A DNA stretch of 63,335 nt, the filler included, from Collodictyon triciliatum (taxonomy: Eukaryota): assembly GCA_043381765.1 (NCBI GenBank). It is 5 parts of 5 records of this genome, joined end to end, with 100 filler letters (N's around TTAATTAATTAA, not from the genome) between each part and the next. Parts side by side here need not be neighbours in the genome. Positions count along the whole stretch, not along the records: positions 1 to 15,586 come from JBHJMP010001655.1; 4 more parts are not named here. One strand, written 5' to 3'. Shown piece after piece: positions 1 through 13,500 of the stretch. A program made the translations under genes and the position numbers. The notes under the pieces are model-generated. The model was given only the letters and a program-made list of their open reading frames with translations, was not told the DNA's origin and searched no databases. The first letter of the stretch is position 1; each line of letters starts with the position of its first letter.

Positions 1-98
1 TTTTGGTTTTTGGTTTTTGGTTTTTGGTTTTTGGTTTTTGGTTTTTGGTTTTTGGTTTTTGGTTTTTGGTTTTTGGTTTTTGGTTTTTGGTTTTTGGT
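1..98. repeat. (TTTTTGG)n microsatellite at window start
   Basis: Tandem 7-mer read directly; it produces the spurious FGFWFLV ORFs. Confidence 0.95.
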
Positions 99-220
99 TC
101 TTGTTACAAAGATGCAACATACCGCGTCCAAGGAGAACATTCTTTGTTTTAGACCGAAAAGATTGCTTCGGTCTCTTGGTAACCATCACTGAATCTTCGT
201 CATATCCTGTATTCGATCAA

Positions 221-3091
221 TCACATATTTGAAAGAAGGAATGTAGGATATAAATCTAGTTGTCCTGAGAAAAGCCAAATAGAATATGGAAAGCAGACTA
301 CATTTTAAAAATCCATTTACTTGAGAGGAGCAGCGTATGGGCTCCTCCACATGCAACCTCACTAAAAAACACTCGGTCTTTTTGTCGCAACTGCTGCAAA
401 TCAGGGTAGACCATGTACGGGTCGGAATGACGAATAGAGCCGTCTGCCGGTAAACAAAAGTCAGGAATCCACTTTCCCCATACGTAAACAGATCCGTCCT
501 CTACAACGCAAGCTGTATGCCTGTCTCCACATGAGACACTAATAGCCCTCTCTTGGATGGATGTATTCTGTGGTGAAAAAAAAAAGACATTTTTTTTGAT
601 TATTTGGTTTCTGTTTCAAAGAAAAGAAGATATGACAGTGAATGTTTTCAATTATTAATAAAAGACCGGGTGTATCCAATTAAAAAAAATTGAATAATTC
701 GGCATTCAAGTGCGGAAATGGTGCCTAAGATGCCTTCTTCCTCACCATAGTGGGAAAGCGCTGGTTTTGATTCTTTCCGAGACCCAACTGACCGGATGTT
801 CCACAGCCCCATACATAGAGCTTGCCCATCTCTTATGGATAAAATAAAAAGCCAGATTGTAAATGCACTATATGTTGAAGAAGAAAAGCACACATACATA
901 AATTGAAGCAAGAATGCATCGACGATGTAGAATTGTCTCGATGACAAAGTTAGGACGATAGATAAACAGAGCTACTCGAAATTGCAGATGAATGTAGAGA
1001 CCCTGTGACAATCTTGTTTATTTGCTCTTCTGTTTGACCCTTCTTTGCTTTGTCTCTTTTGATCCACGTTTTTTTTTTTTTTTGACATTTTTTTCATTAG
1101 TGGGGATGAATGGAAAGCTCTAAATTTTCCGAAAAATTAACAAATAAAATCTTTCTTTTGAATTGAAAGAATACAAATTTGGTAATAACGAATAGAAGTA
1201 ATATTTTATTTATCTGGGGAAATAATCGTACGAAAAAGTAAGCTTTGTGGGCTTTTCTACAAATGAATTCTTCCCAGTACCGATCTGTGAGTGAATTAAA
1301 AAAAAAAAAAAGAAACGGAAGAGAATAAGGTCAGCTATAGACTACACGCCCCATTCAGAAAAATGCATACAGTATCTACAGACTCAAAAACTCGAACCCT
1401 TTATTGTGCAGCAGCGAGTGCTCACTCAATAGTAATGCAATAGTAATAATCATCATAATTATAATTCTTAAGAGAAATATCGACGCACCTCACCAGAGCG
1501 GAGGGTCCCCACTTGGCCACAAGTATTATCACCAAACCCATATACTTCCTTATTCTCTGAAATATTAAAAACACTTGATTAGTTCACCGCGATATTTTGT
1601 AAATCTTACTTAAAGGGTAGAAATTGTGACTGGGATATGGCAGCAGATTACAATAATCGATTTTGAACGATACTTGTGAGAACTAAAGTGTGAGAACGGC
1701 CACAGGAAACATTTTCTAACATCTCCTCCTTCTGCGCTTTGTTCTGTGTGTGATATATAAGCATAGTCATATTATTTTCTTTTGTTCCGTTTACCTTATA
1801 ATATGTCATTACTCTGAAATCGACGGCCTTTTCTGAAAATACTTTGAATATCACTCTAAAAAAAAAAAAAAAGGAAGAAAGGAAGGAACTAAATGTAGAT
1901 GGAACCTACATAAACTTTGACAAGCACTGGCTTTCTCCGGGTATCTGTGTTCCCTGTTCCAAGGCAGTAATTATGCCCCATTCCCCAAGTATACAAAGAA
2001 CCATCCACTATATATGAAAAAAAAATAAAGATGTTCGAGCGATGAATTTGGATAATTTATTATCAAGTGTTTATTTTATTCTGCATCGACCGGGAGATAA
2101 AAAAAAAACGGATATGGTATTTGGAAAACGATTATGAATTAAAAGAATAGTACCGGTAATACACGCAGAGTGGAAGTAACCGCAGGCGATATGAGCAACT
2201 TTTCTATTGTGAAAGTAATCCAAGCTTATTTTTCGAGGGACAATGAGGTCCTCCTCATCATTGTGCCCTGTCAGCCCCTCGTCACTATCTCCCCAACTGA
2301 AGACATCGCCTTCAACTTTTTCCCAAAAATGAGTGTTACACCAGGTTACTCGAATTATAGGATGCACTTTTTGTAGTCATTTGTATTTTTTTTTGAAAGA
2401 ATGAGACCGACATTCGAAGGGGGTAAATATGATAGGTATGCTCGATTACCGGAAAGAGCCAAGGTATGAACACTTCCAGACGACACCAACTGAAAACCCT
2501 GGGGCAAATATATTAATTCTATTCCTTTCAATTTACAACATACTCAAGCAGTACGTCAAATTATCTCAATGAGTGCTATTTGTTGCTATAGAAATTAACC
2601 AATTTTTATTTTCTTCATTCTTTATCGAAAAAAAAATGATGGCTGTATATATAAAAAAAAAAAAACCTTTCCTATGAGATATGGCTCAATCGATATGCCC
2701 TTCTCACCAAACGCGAGTTGCCCTTGCATACCATCACCCCACCCATAAAGATCCTTATTCGCTATAGCAACATGATTTTTTTTTATTGAGGTATTCAGCA
2801 CTAAATCCTCAGCAGACAACAAAAGCATGTCATGATTCATTTACGAGATTTTGTAAACTCCTGCGAAAGATATATAGATTCATGGACATACACACCTGTT
2901 ATGGCGAAGGAGCTATTCTTCCCACAGGCTATCACACGAACCCCGTACGATCGAAGAGACTCGACACGGTATGGCTTCAGTACTTGGTTGGTCTCGAGGA
3001 AGAAGTGTCCGAGTTGACCGATGCTTCCAGAGCCGAAGGAAAAGACGTTCCCATTGTCTGGTGCGACAAACAGAACAGAGAAGCGGTGCAA

Positions 3092-3178
<87 letters not shown>

Positions 3179-3261
3179 ATGCTGCTCTAGCAGGAGGCAA
3201 AAGAAAAAAAGTTTGAACCGTCGCCGTTTGCAGGTGTGATGATCGGCTCCATACCTGCCAT
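221..3261 (-). CDS. RCC1/BLIP-II repeat beta-propeller protein, multi-exon
   Basis: Spliced exons give repeated RCC1 motifs: GNVFSFGSGSIGQLG...VIACGKNSSFAIT, DLYGWGDGMQGQL, VFSWGDSDEGLTGH...IACGYFHSACIT, VSCGRSHTLVLT, VSCGDRHTACVVEDGSVYVWGK, EVACGGAHTLLLS. Putative start ATG GCA G|gt at 3261; TGA at 221-223. Confidence 0.85.
3091..3180. repeat. (AAAT)n microsatellite in RCC1 intron 1
   Basis: Tandem 4-mer read directly. Confidence 0.95.
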
Positions 3262-3884
3262 TGCAAGAGCAATTATTGAGTGCGAGATTCACACCAGTTA
3301 ATAGCAGTCGCAGTATGAAAGATCTTTTAAGATAAAGCACAAGAAGAAAAGGGAAAGGAACGAATGAAAGTATAAGGAGAGATAGAAGAAGCGTCCCACG
3401 ATCTCCTTTTCTCCTTTTCTTCTTTTTCCAGGCAACCCACGCTCGCTGCTTTGCCTTGCGCCGCGTTCGGAGGCGTGTTTTGCTGGACAGCAACAAGTTT
3501 ATTACTGGGAAACAAGTATTTCGTACAAATAACGGGCGCTGGAGAGAAGCGCGGTAGAGCCTGGGGCGGAGTGGACGAACAAACACGGGGATTGGTCGGT
3601 CAAGGAGCAAGTCGCCCAGGGAAGGAGGCAAGGGAAAAGCGCTTGGGCTCCGCAAACAAAGGATTAATTAAAAATAAAAATGATAAATAAAAAAAAATAA
3701 AAAAAAAAAAAGGCTAAAAAGAAACTGTGAAGGCAGAAGAAAGCCCCTCGTGTGAGCCGCAGTATGGGCGCGAACATCAGACAACAAGACCGAAAGGACA
3801 GACTCTGGAGATGCAAGGCAATGCGGCAGGCCACGCCAGGATTCGACAAGAAATGGGGGCCGCTCGCACACAGTCCCAATCGTC

Positions 3885-4721
3885 TCAGCCTGAATCTGCC
3901 GTCCACTCCTCCAGAACCGCGTTGCACGCTGCGTCCTTCTGCGGGGTGCCTCGACCCTGGCTTTGGGCTCGGCTGTGGTTCTCGGCTGCCGATGCAGAGT
4001 CCGGCGTTTCAGACATCCCCATCGCAACAACGCAGTCGGGCGATGCGCTGGGCGGAGTCGGATGGAGCCTGTTGGAAAGCACAGATGATTCTGCGCTCAT
4101 GGACACCACATGGTCTTGCAGAGGGAGGCTCGACGCCTGCTCGACTGCAGCTTGGCGGTCTGCTTCGAGCGGGCAGCCGAGTTCCGGCGGGGAGAGGACC
4201 GGGCTGCGGCTGGCGCTGGCTGGCTTCTTGTGCGAATCCCGCGGGGCTGAAGAATCCACGCTGGAGCCGAGTGGGCCGATGGCGCTTTCAGAGATTGGCT
4301 CCAGCTGGAAGTGGTTGTGTGCAAGTGGGACGTGCGAGGAGACTGGCAAATGAGGCTGCGCAACGCCCCCGCTGATGGACGAGGCAGACCCGGCGTGGGA
4401 CGTGGGGATGTGGCTGTGGAGCTGCAGGTTGCTGCTGGCTAGGTTTGCCTTTGACAGGTGCGGCTGTGATGCGGAGGAGACGTCCACCGAACGACGCCGC
4501 AGGCTCGAAACCATCCCGCTGATTCCGCTTAGCGCGTTGGCGATGATGCTTGTCTTGCGCTTGGCTGTCGATGCTGCGTTGGATTCGTGAGTCCCCATCG
4601 GCATCAGCTCGTCATCAGGAATGTCATCTTGAAGGTGAAGACCAGTGCTGCTGAAGCCAAAGCGCTTTTTTCGCTCTTCCGCCGCTAGATATAAAAAAAA
4701 TTATCTCGAGTTTTTCTTTTC

Positions 4722-4754
<33 letters not shown>

Positions 4755-4773
4755 CTTTTTCTTTTCTTTTTTC

Positions 4774-4806
<33 letters not shown>

Positions 4807-6988
4807 CTTTTCTTTTTTCTTTTCTTTTTTCTTTTCTTTTTTCTTTTCTTTTTTCTTTTCTTTTTTCTTTTCTTTTTTCTTTTTCTTTTTTCTTTTCTTT
4901 TTTCTTTTCTTTTTTCTTTTCTTTTTTCTTTTCTTTTTTCTTTTCTTTTTTCTCTTCTTTTTCAAAAAAAGAAACTTTCAGCTATCATAATTGCCACGAT
5001 ACCTACCTTTGAGTTCAACTAATTGGCGGAGCGAGTGAGGATGGGGCTCCACAGTCTTATACTGAGGGTCTCGAGGAAGTGTTTCTTCAAAACAGAATAC
5101 GAGTGTGTCACCCTTGCATTCGATTTAGAAAGTAAAATTCAGTCACTAACTATATGCACTACCAATCATATTGCGCATCTCAGATAAATTATAATAATAC
5201 GAGGGTTTGAGAAAAGTGCGACGAAAGGAAAAAGAGAAAAGAAATCGGGCTTACTTCTCGCAATTCTGAAATATCCTCAGCGTCGACAACTTCCACTTCT
5301 GTTGTTCCATGCAAGCAGTAGAGGCGATTGATTTGTGATGGCTGGATAACAAGCTTATTGCACGCTCGTGTAATGAAAAACTCGAAATCTTCATCGTTTC
5401 GGTACACATTGAGAAATCGCTGTGGAGAGGACGCAGTTAACAGCCGGTATAAAGATAGATATTGAATATTGGGACTCTGATAGAAATTAGGCAAATGAGA
5501 TGATGATATTATTTCTTTCATGTAAGATATTTTCGCTATTTTTTTGGTAATTATTTCAAATTTTCATTCGTTGAATGCATTATTACCACAATCGTGGAAT
5601 TATGCAGTTTGATGAGAATACGAGTGACATCATCGTGAGAAACTGTTGCTGCTTTCATTTCTTCCTTCGGGAAAGTGGCTGCCGGTCTGACATGGTCTGA
5701 ATCTGTAATAGAATTATTTAAAAAAAAATGTTAACCGTAGTTGTTGAAAAACAGAGAAACCAGAAAAATAAAAAAATATGATAGAACGAAAAAAGTGATG
5801 AAGAAAAAATGGCAGTTCACACCTGCTTCCACACGCACATTCTTCTTCCTTGATTTATGCGTCTCCATTCCACTAGGACATAGCGAGAAAGCATGAGACA
5901 TCTACTAAGGCATTTCTTTGTACATTTATATGGCTCTCAATTAACCTTGTTCATAGCTTAAATAAAGTACCTGGCATTCTTAAGCTTTGATTTTTCTTTA
6001 AACGACTGGAGAAATGGGGAGATACTCTAGGGGAATATGAAAAAAAAGTACAATTTCATTTCTGCGGTATTATTGTAACCCCAAAGTATTGTATACACCT
6101 TGAAGAAAATGATAATTCAAAAGAATAGTGTGCCATACCCCAACAATCGTCTTTAGATGGACTGACCGCTCGTTTGCTGGCTCATCTGTGCGGAGACGGA
6201 GCTCTGTTGATTGCTGAACACAAATTCAGTTGTGTCGGCTAATCTAGATGCATCTTAAATATTATAAATTGACGGAAGAAAAAAAAACCTTGTCCATTTT
6301 GTACCCAAGAACAGATACGTCAAGAAAGACATCCTCATTCTCTTTCTCTTCTTCCAAGATATCAGGCGATATTTGAAGTTCCCTTCGTCGTAATATTTTC
6401 ATTAAGATTAGAAGAAAGGAAGAATAAAAACAGTGACAAAAGCTGGACTATGAAGATGCTGACTTTGCAATAAAACTTTTTGATGAAAAAGGAGTTACAT
6501 GAAATAGTTTGGTGATATACGACATATTGAAAATTCCGTAAAAATAGTGCAAAATATATATTTATCAAGAAAAGTTTCATCATACTTCAGTTCCTCAGGT
6601 GATTTTCCAGATGTTGATATTTTCGCAATTCTGCGCAGTCCCGAATAAAATATTGGATTGTCCCGAAGGACAAGGTCAAAGTCGTCTTTTGATAATATAA
6701 ATAATTCACAATATGTAATGGCTCGAACAGATGCCGTTCTCCGAGCATTTTGGCTTATAAGAGCAAGCTAGATATGTTAAACGTATATTTAGTCGAGCTA
6801 GCGCGCATGCTGATACAGAAGAAAATAGTCTCCTCTAAATAAAATATAAAAATAAGTTCATCTAAGACTCACTTCCCCAAAATAACTTCCATCGCCTAAG
6901 TATTGATATACAGAACGTCCGTCTCCAGACAGTACTTGGACTTTTCCACGGCTCAATATATACATAGCACGTCCAATCTTGGGTAAAA

Positions 6989-7020
<32 letters not shown>

Positions 7021-9774
7021 AATGAGGCGTTTTTTAGTCCAGGTCTTGTAGATGCCTGGTAGCTGACATAATTAAAAAAAATTGCAAAGAATCACAAGAG
7101 TACTCACACATATTAGTGATCAAGACTATATTCACATACTTGTCCTTCCTTGACGATAAAGTCACCGGGTCCACACGTGTAGGCCTGTAACCGCGTTATG
7201 ATGGCAGTGATGACCTCGGGTGGAAGATTCTTAAAGAAAGGTATATTGTGTAGAATTTGCTCATTCAAAGCCAAGGCGACAGCTGTTCGAAGGGATAACT
7301 AAATGGGGATATTTAAAAAAAGTTGTTAACACATATTACGTTACATATGGTACAGAGACTAAGAATGGAAAGCGAGGCATATAAAGCTGCAGTATTGGGA
7401 ATGGAAGTGTTTCGGGTAGTACAGGAAGGTCGCTAAGGATAGAACTTTCGTCGAAGAACATGGATTTTCGTGACCTTGATCAAATATGAAATTAAAAATT
7501 CCAACATCACACAGGCGTTTGAATTTAACAGAAAATCGATATGGTTTTTTCACACCCTTTCATGTTGGTCAATAATACTCAAATCCATTCAGTGGTTGTG
7601 ATATGATAATGTAAGTTTCGTTTTATATCATAAATACCATAAATAATGGAAGTGGTCTCTTATTTGAATCTGCAGCTCTTTGGGAAACTTTCGGAATTGG
7701 ATCCATTGATTAATCTAGTTCACGTCAAAAGTTGTTGACATACAGTGAAAATCATTCCGTGAAACAATTTAGATACATATTTGCGAATGAAAGTGGGTAA
7801 ATTAAAAACTAAATGGATCAACATGGATAAAAAAAAAGTAGAAAAATCTGACACCTGTTCTGTCTTTTCTTGTCTTGCTTTTGCTGTAGTATCCATTTGC
7901 TGTACTAGTGCACTCATGTTACCAACGACGAAAGCAAATGCAGTCACGCCGATAATCATGAAGCAGATGACGTACACTCTCTCCACCGTCGTCTGGGACG
8001 AATAATGGATGACAAAACGAAAGAAGTAACACAGTAAATAGTATAAAATAATACCAAACAAAATCAAAACAAAATCAAAACAAAATCAAAACAAAATCAA
8101 AACAAAATCAAAACAAAATCAAAACAAAACAAAACAAAGAGAAAAGAAAAGAAAAGAATGAATAATAAATGTTTCATGAGTATATGAATGATATAGAATA
8201 TGATTTTTTTTGAATTTTTGTTTGTCTGGCTCCAAGACATGTACATGATATCAACCAATCTGTTGTAGTGGATCAAAAGTAGGGAAACTCACGTATGGTA
8301 TTATGTCCCCATATCCCACTGTGGTGAGTGTTGTGATGGCCCAGTGAAAAGAACTGATGTACTGTTCAAAAGGAGTGTCTGACTGGCGCGTGTTTGTCTT
8401 GTATATTGTCCACCATGTATCTTCGTCTGTATTTTCCATGGTGGAGACAAAGAACCATCCACATGCGGAGTAGTGGGCCAAGATAATAAGCATCGTGCAG
8501 AGCTTCATGATGCGAAGGAGTGCTATGTTAATGGAGATATACGGACTCCACTTGCGGAAGATACGCGTGAGCCGGAACAAACGTGGGAGTCTCACGAGTC
8601 TGATGAGCCTCAGAATGCGAAGCAGACGTGGAAACTTTGTCACATTTGCTGATTGCGTTGCCGATATGTTCGTCATGATTAAGTCCAAAGGTAGCGACGA
8701 TACCAGATCGATAAAGAACCAACCGCGCAGGTAGCGGGCAGCTATTGTGCGAGAATCGATCACCAGTTCGCCGTTGTCGTAGATGCATATCCGAAACGTC
8801 ATCATTAGATCCACAATAAACATCATGTCCATACAGAGTTCCACATAGTAGACAGGTCCACGAGATGCAGTGTCAAAAGCGATGCGGTACGGTGTGGCTG
8901 CAGCACTGTAAATGACAAATAAAGCAAGGATGATTTCCCACACCCGGCGAAAGAACCCGTTTGGGTGAATCAGCCAGTACTGCGAGACATCAACCACCTC
9001 GAATGATTCGTGTGTGCTGTCCGCATCTATGTCGACTTCGTCGGCCGCAATCATGGCTGCAGCCGTGCTCATTGGATGTGCTCCAGGAAGGGATCCAACT
9101 CCTGCATTGACACCCACGTGGAAACTCTTGCGACGCAAGTCTGCCGCCAATACTGCACTAGCACGGCGGGATTCGTTGCGCGAGGATTTTCGTGGGCCCA
9201 TGACTCCATTGTCATCAAGCGGTAACAGTGTGCCATTAATGTTAACATGAGCTCCTGTGCTGGCCCGCCGTGAAGATGACCGAGAGACGAGAGCCGTTTG
9301 TTTTGCAGTTAGATGAGGATTCGAGTTTGAGTCTGATGTGGAGGATGCTGGTAAGCGATTGGGTGGATTAAAGTCTGGGGGTGGAGACACAGCCGGAGAT
9401 ATATCTAGGGATATTATGACGTTTTCTAAACACAAACCCATTCAATTTACATTCGATTTATATTCAATTTATTTTCGATTTATATTCAATTTACATTCGA
9501 TTTATATTCGATTTATATTCAATTTATTTTCGATTTATATTCGATTTATATTCAATTTATATTCAATTTATATTCAATTTATATTCAATTTATATTCAAT
9601 TTATATTCAATTTATATTCAATTTATATTCAATTTATATTCAATTTATATTCAAATATTATTGCATATGTGTGCGTCTCTTGCTGACTGACTCACCTATT
9701 TGGCTGGGCGGCCGACTAAGGAGTTTGCCCCATTTCGACAAGGAAGGTGGCGGCGATGTGGACGGTTCAGCCAT
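3885..9774 (-). CDS. Voltage-gated cation/K+ channel of the cyclic-nucleotide-binding-domain superfamily (HCN / plant Shaker / KCNH-like) with C-terminal KHA-like domain
   Basis: S1-S6 in ORFs 8251-9441 and 7720-8067; S4 KFPRLLRILRLIRLVRLPRLFRLTRIFRK; pore TTLTTVGYGDIIP. CNBD exons read PGDFIVKEGQ|IGRAMYILSRGKVQV...GDGSYFGE|LALISQNARRTASVRAITYCELFILSKDDF. Start ATG at 9774; Ser/Pro-rich last exon ends in TGA at 3885. Confidence 0.9.
4711..4962. repeat. T/C-rich microsatellite (TTTTC/TTTTTTC units) in last intron of the channel gene
   Basis: Read directly; source of the poly-K/E and poly-F ORFs. Confidence 0.9.
8056..8138. repeat. (CAAAAT/CAAAA)n intronic microsatellite
   Basis: Read directly. 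Confidence 0.85.
9440..9655. repeat. 11-bp minisatellite (ATTTATATTCA/G)n in intron 1 of the channel gene
   Basis: Tandem 11-mer with A/G variants read directly. Confidence 0.9.
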
Positions 9775-10536
9775 GGCTGCACACTATCTTCAGAAGATAA
9801 ACAAACACAGACACAGTTGCAGTGACGGGAACGAGGCAGGATGAGGAGAAGGCGACTGAAATATCTGACTGAATGTACACAGGACGAGTTTGTGACGATC
9901 GGGACAAATCAAAAAAAAATAGGGCTCAATACGGCTTTCCTTCTTCTCAGCCCTTGTTTTCTTTCCTTTTCTATCCTTTTCTTTTTCTTTGTTATACTTT
10001 TTGGGTTAGGTGCATAATTTGCAGGAGTTCTAGCGGATGAGTGAGTTGTCCGTGTTTGTGTGTTAAGTTGGTGTTTGTGTTAAGTGATCGAACATCTGCG
10101 CGGCCTTCGGAGGCTTTGGGGTGGCGAGCGATTGTTGATTTTATATTTCGCCGTGTTGTGATTCATCACTTCGGCGATCAAAAGAATAATGGGTGGGCCG
10201 AACTTTCCTGATGAATATCCATAACTGGAAAATATATAGGTATTTAGCAACTGTAACCGAAAGCAGCCGTGTGTCGGCCGTATTTGGAACTAATGTCGGG
10301 CTATAATAATCCGGGTTTCCATTCCCCAGATTCGACAATGGTTGGTGTGGTTGCAACTGGGTGGTGTGTTTTGGTGGGTGGTTATCTGCTCATTCCCAAA
10401 GATTTCGTGTGGTGTCAACTTTGTTCTGTTGATACCAGGAAAGGAACGAATGATTGTGCGAGCCACAAAGCACGCCAGGCCAGGGAGTTGAAGCCGCTGA
10501 GTCAGAAAGCCAGGGTGGAAAGGCGATACATCAGAG

Positions 10537-13500
10537 CTATTTATCAGGGTGGCTTGTTGGCGTGTTTGTGGTTGGTGCCGGAGAGTCGTGGGTGGATAGC
10601 ACCGTGTATTGGTCTCGGTTGAAGCAGACGTTTTGGCGAAAGGCGTCAAGCTCGGGGATGAGCGTAGATAGAAGCGTGAATGTAGGGATACCTATGGCGT
10701 TGATAAATCCAGCTTGCATTTGGGGCAGAAACACCTTCTCCCGGTCCATGATAGGTGTAACAGGGAAGTTGTTCTTTTTCTCCAAGTCACCTTGGCGAAA
10801 GAATTCATCGCTTATAACATCTGCCCATCTCCGCGCTATCGGGAATGGTTTTGCTGGGTGTGTATTAGATGCGGTTAGGCGGGGAAAAAAATCTTGATGC
10901 GTTGTGGAAATGAGGTGCTCATAAAAGCTATGGTGATAATACATCGCTTTTAAGCATTCATTTTGAGTGTAGGTTATCTCTCCCTACAAGATTTTCAATA
11001 TTTAAAAAAATTATAAAGAAAATGGGCCGGCAAGCAGATAGGCATTATTACCTATATTCGATATATCAGAGCATTTCATAAGTATGTCAAACAAAAGCCT
11101 CCTATGGTCCTCTATCTCGATAGAATAGCTATTTGATTTGACAAGCTGGTCAAACTTAGAAACAAAGTCAAAGTGGCTCGCCATATCTGTGGCTAAGATG
11201 GAAGAAATAATCACCTGGGGCGGGTTGTTTTAGTTCGTCAGTTGACACAAAATTATGATGGGCCATAAGGCATTCATGAAGGACGATTAAAAAGAAAAAC
11301 ATCATTTACTGTGCCTTTCGAAGGCATGGATAAGGAAAATCACTTTGTAAACTTCGCCGTAGGACAACTCATCAAGTAAATCAAAAAGGCTATTTTCAGG
11401 TGAGCTGAGAATGGTTATAGCTTCGGCGCAGTGGTGATTTTCCATTACAGACGCGTTATTGTATAAGATTGCAATAGGCGACTTAATTCTCACTTGGAAT
11501 AAGTTGTTTGTGCCTCTGAATATTAAATTTTATGTGCTCGCATTAAAAGTGAAATTACTATGCATTCAAAATTTTAGATGATCTATTTACTCGTAGTGCA
11601 GGTGTGTTGTTAACTTTAAATACCTGTGGTCCAGGTCATGACAAACAGAGGCCACCATTAATCCTAGTATGTCGAGTGGCTTCAAGAAACGTGTGATATC
11701 CCCCAATTTCAGGAAAAGATATGTACAGTGTGTAACATCAAAAGCATGGACAAAGTTATGGTAAGGAACGTCATGTCTATAGACCTTTTGGCACGAACGA
11801 ACGAACCGGAATCTTGAATTGAATGTTTAAATGGAACAAACATAAGAATTTATTCCATTAGTATATACCATGCCGCAAACTTTTTCAAGGGTAGTAAGAA
11901 AATTGTCTCTCCCACTTACAAATTCAGCTCTGATATTTTGTATCGCTCCACAAGCCCAAGGTCCTTGAACATGTAAATAATAAAGCCAATCAATTCCTCA
12001 TGGGTATATTCCCAACATTTGAAATCAAGGCGGCCCAAAGCCTCTCTAGAGAGGAAATAGATAAATAAGTTTACCAATTTAAGATAACCATAAAATCGCA
12101 ATATGTAAAAAATTGCTTCATGTTTTCTGTAAAATTAAATGTACATGGATTCCGTGGAAACAATATGGGTCATTCGGAGGTGGTCTAGCTCAAAGTTTCC
12201 TGTAGGGGCTTGTATAAGTCTGTGATTCTTTTGCTCCGTCTCACTTTTTGGCTCCAACGGCATTGAACAAAATGTTGAGAATGCTATCAATTTAACAAAC
12301 TACTATTAACACTGCGTAATCAAGATTACAAGGAACTAAATTAAAATATTATAAGCCGAGATACCAAAATATTCCTATTGCATTAGAGATTTCAAACCTT
12401 TCAACAATTCCAGGTCCTCCTTCTTAAATTTACCACCACTCTTTTTATTTACCATCTCGACGATACCAATGACCTCTCCATTTCGTCCAAAAACTGGAGC
12501 ACACATCAGTGTTTTTGTCTGGAAGCCAGTCAGTTTGTCAATCTCCCCATGGAACCTCTTTGTTGCATATTTTATTTGTGAGAGAGGATTATTGTTTGCC
12601 CCAGAAAAAAAAAGTACTCAAATAAAATGAGCCGTGAAATGATTAAATACCGAGTCTTCGTATGGATTATCAATAATTAGACTTTCTTGTGTTTTGGCTA
12701 CATGTCCAGCGAGTCCTTTGTATAGTGGTACGACGATTGTGTCTTGTTCCTCAGCAATACGGGACCGAAGAACGCCTTCACTAAAACGTCCAGATACCGA
12801 AACATATTAAAATATGGCTGCTACATGAGAGGTATTGAAAAGAGTAAAGAAAAATTATTACTCTTTGTCGATTTCAAACAGGCAGAACCGCTCAGCATCC
12901 ACCAAGCTCTGAGCTTGGCTCATTATCATCTTGACCAAGGAATTTGTGTCGTTAGAACTAGATAATGCAATGGCAACAGCCAACAGAGACTTTGATCGAT
13001 TTTCTTGTTTAAGAGCCTCTGCGTATAGAGTGGCGTTTCGAATACCCACACCGCAAAAAACAGAAAATGTGGATAAGAGCCTTTGGTCATTGGAGGTAAA
13101 AATACCAGCCTTCTTGTTTATCATTTGAGCAACTCCAACTATTTCACCATTGTTGAAAATAGGGACACACAAAATGGTGCTGGTTCTGTACCCTGTTTGC
13201 TTGTCCACAGCAGCGTTGAATCTTGTGTCATTTTGAGCATCGTTGACAACCACACACTCCCCAGAAGTTGCAACCAAACCAGCAATACCGGTGTTTTTAG
13301 GAAAACGAAGCTCTTCTTCCACACCTTCAGCCAGCTTTGACACGATCTCATCTCTTGAGTTGTCCACGAGAAACACTGAGCAACGGTCAGCCATCACCAG
13401 CTCTTTAGCGTGCTGCATCATAACTCGAAGAAGTGAAATAAGGTCTAGCTCGTTTGTGATATCTCGGGCCATTTCCAATAGCAACTTGTTTGTGCCTGCA

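Noticed and set aside
1..98. (TTTTTGG)n as a telomere
   Set aside because: The G-rich strand is on the + strand at a left end, the wrong orientation for a telomere, and similar T-rich microsatellites occur at internal contig ends.
3664..4590. Several long overlapping + and - strand ORFs
   Set aside because: Shadow ORFs of the GC-rich last exon of the channel gene; the same applies at 26270-26922 and 51030-51668.
4624..5022. Poly-K/E, poly-F, poly-N, poly-I and poly-Y ORFs here and elsewhere
   Set aside because: Translations of intronic or intergenic microsatellites.
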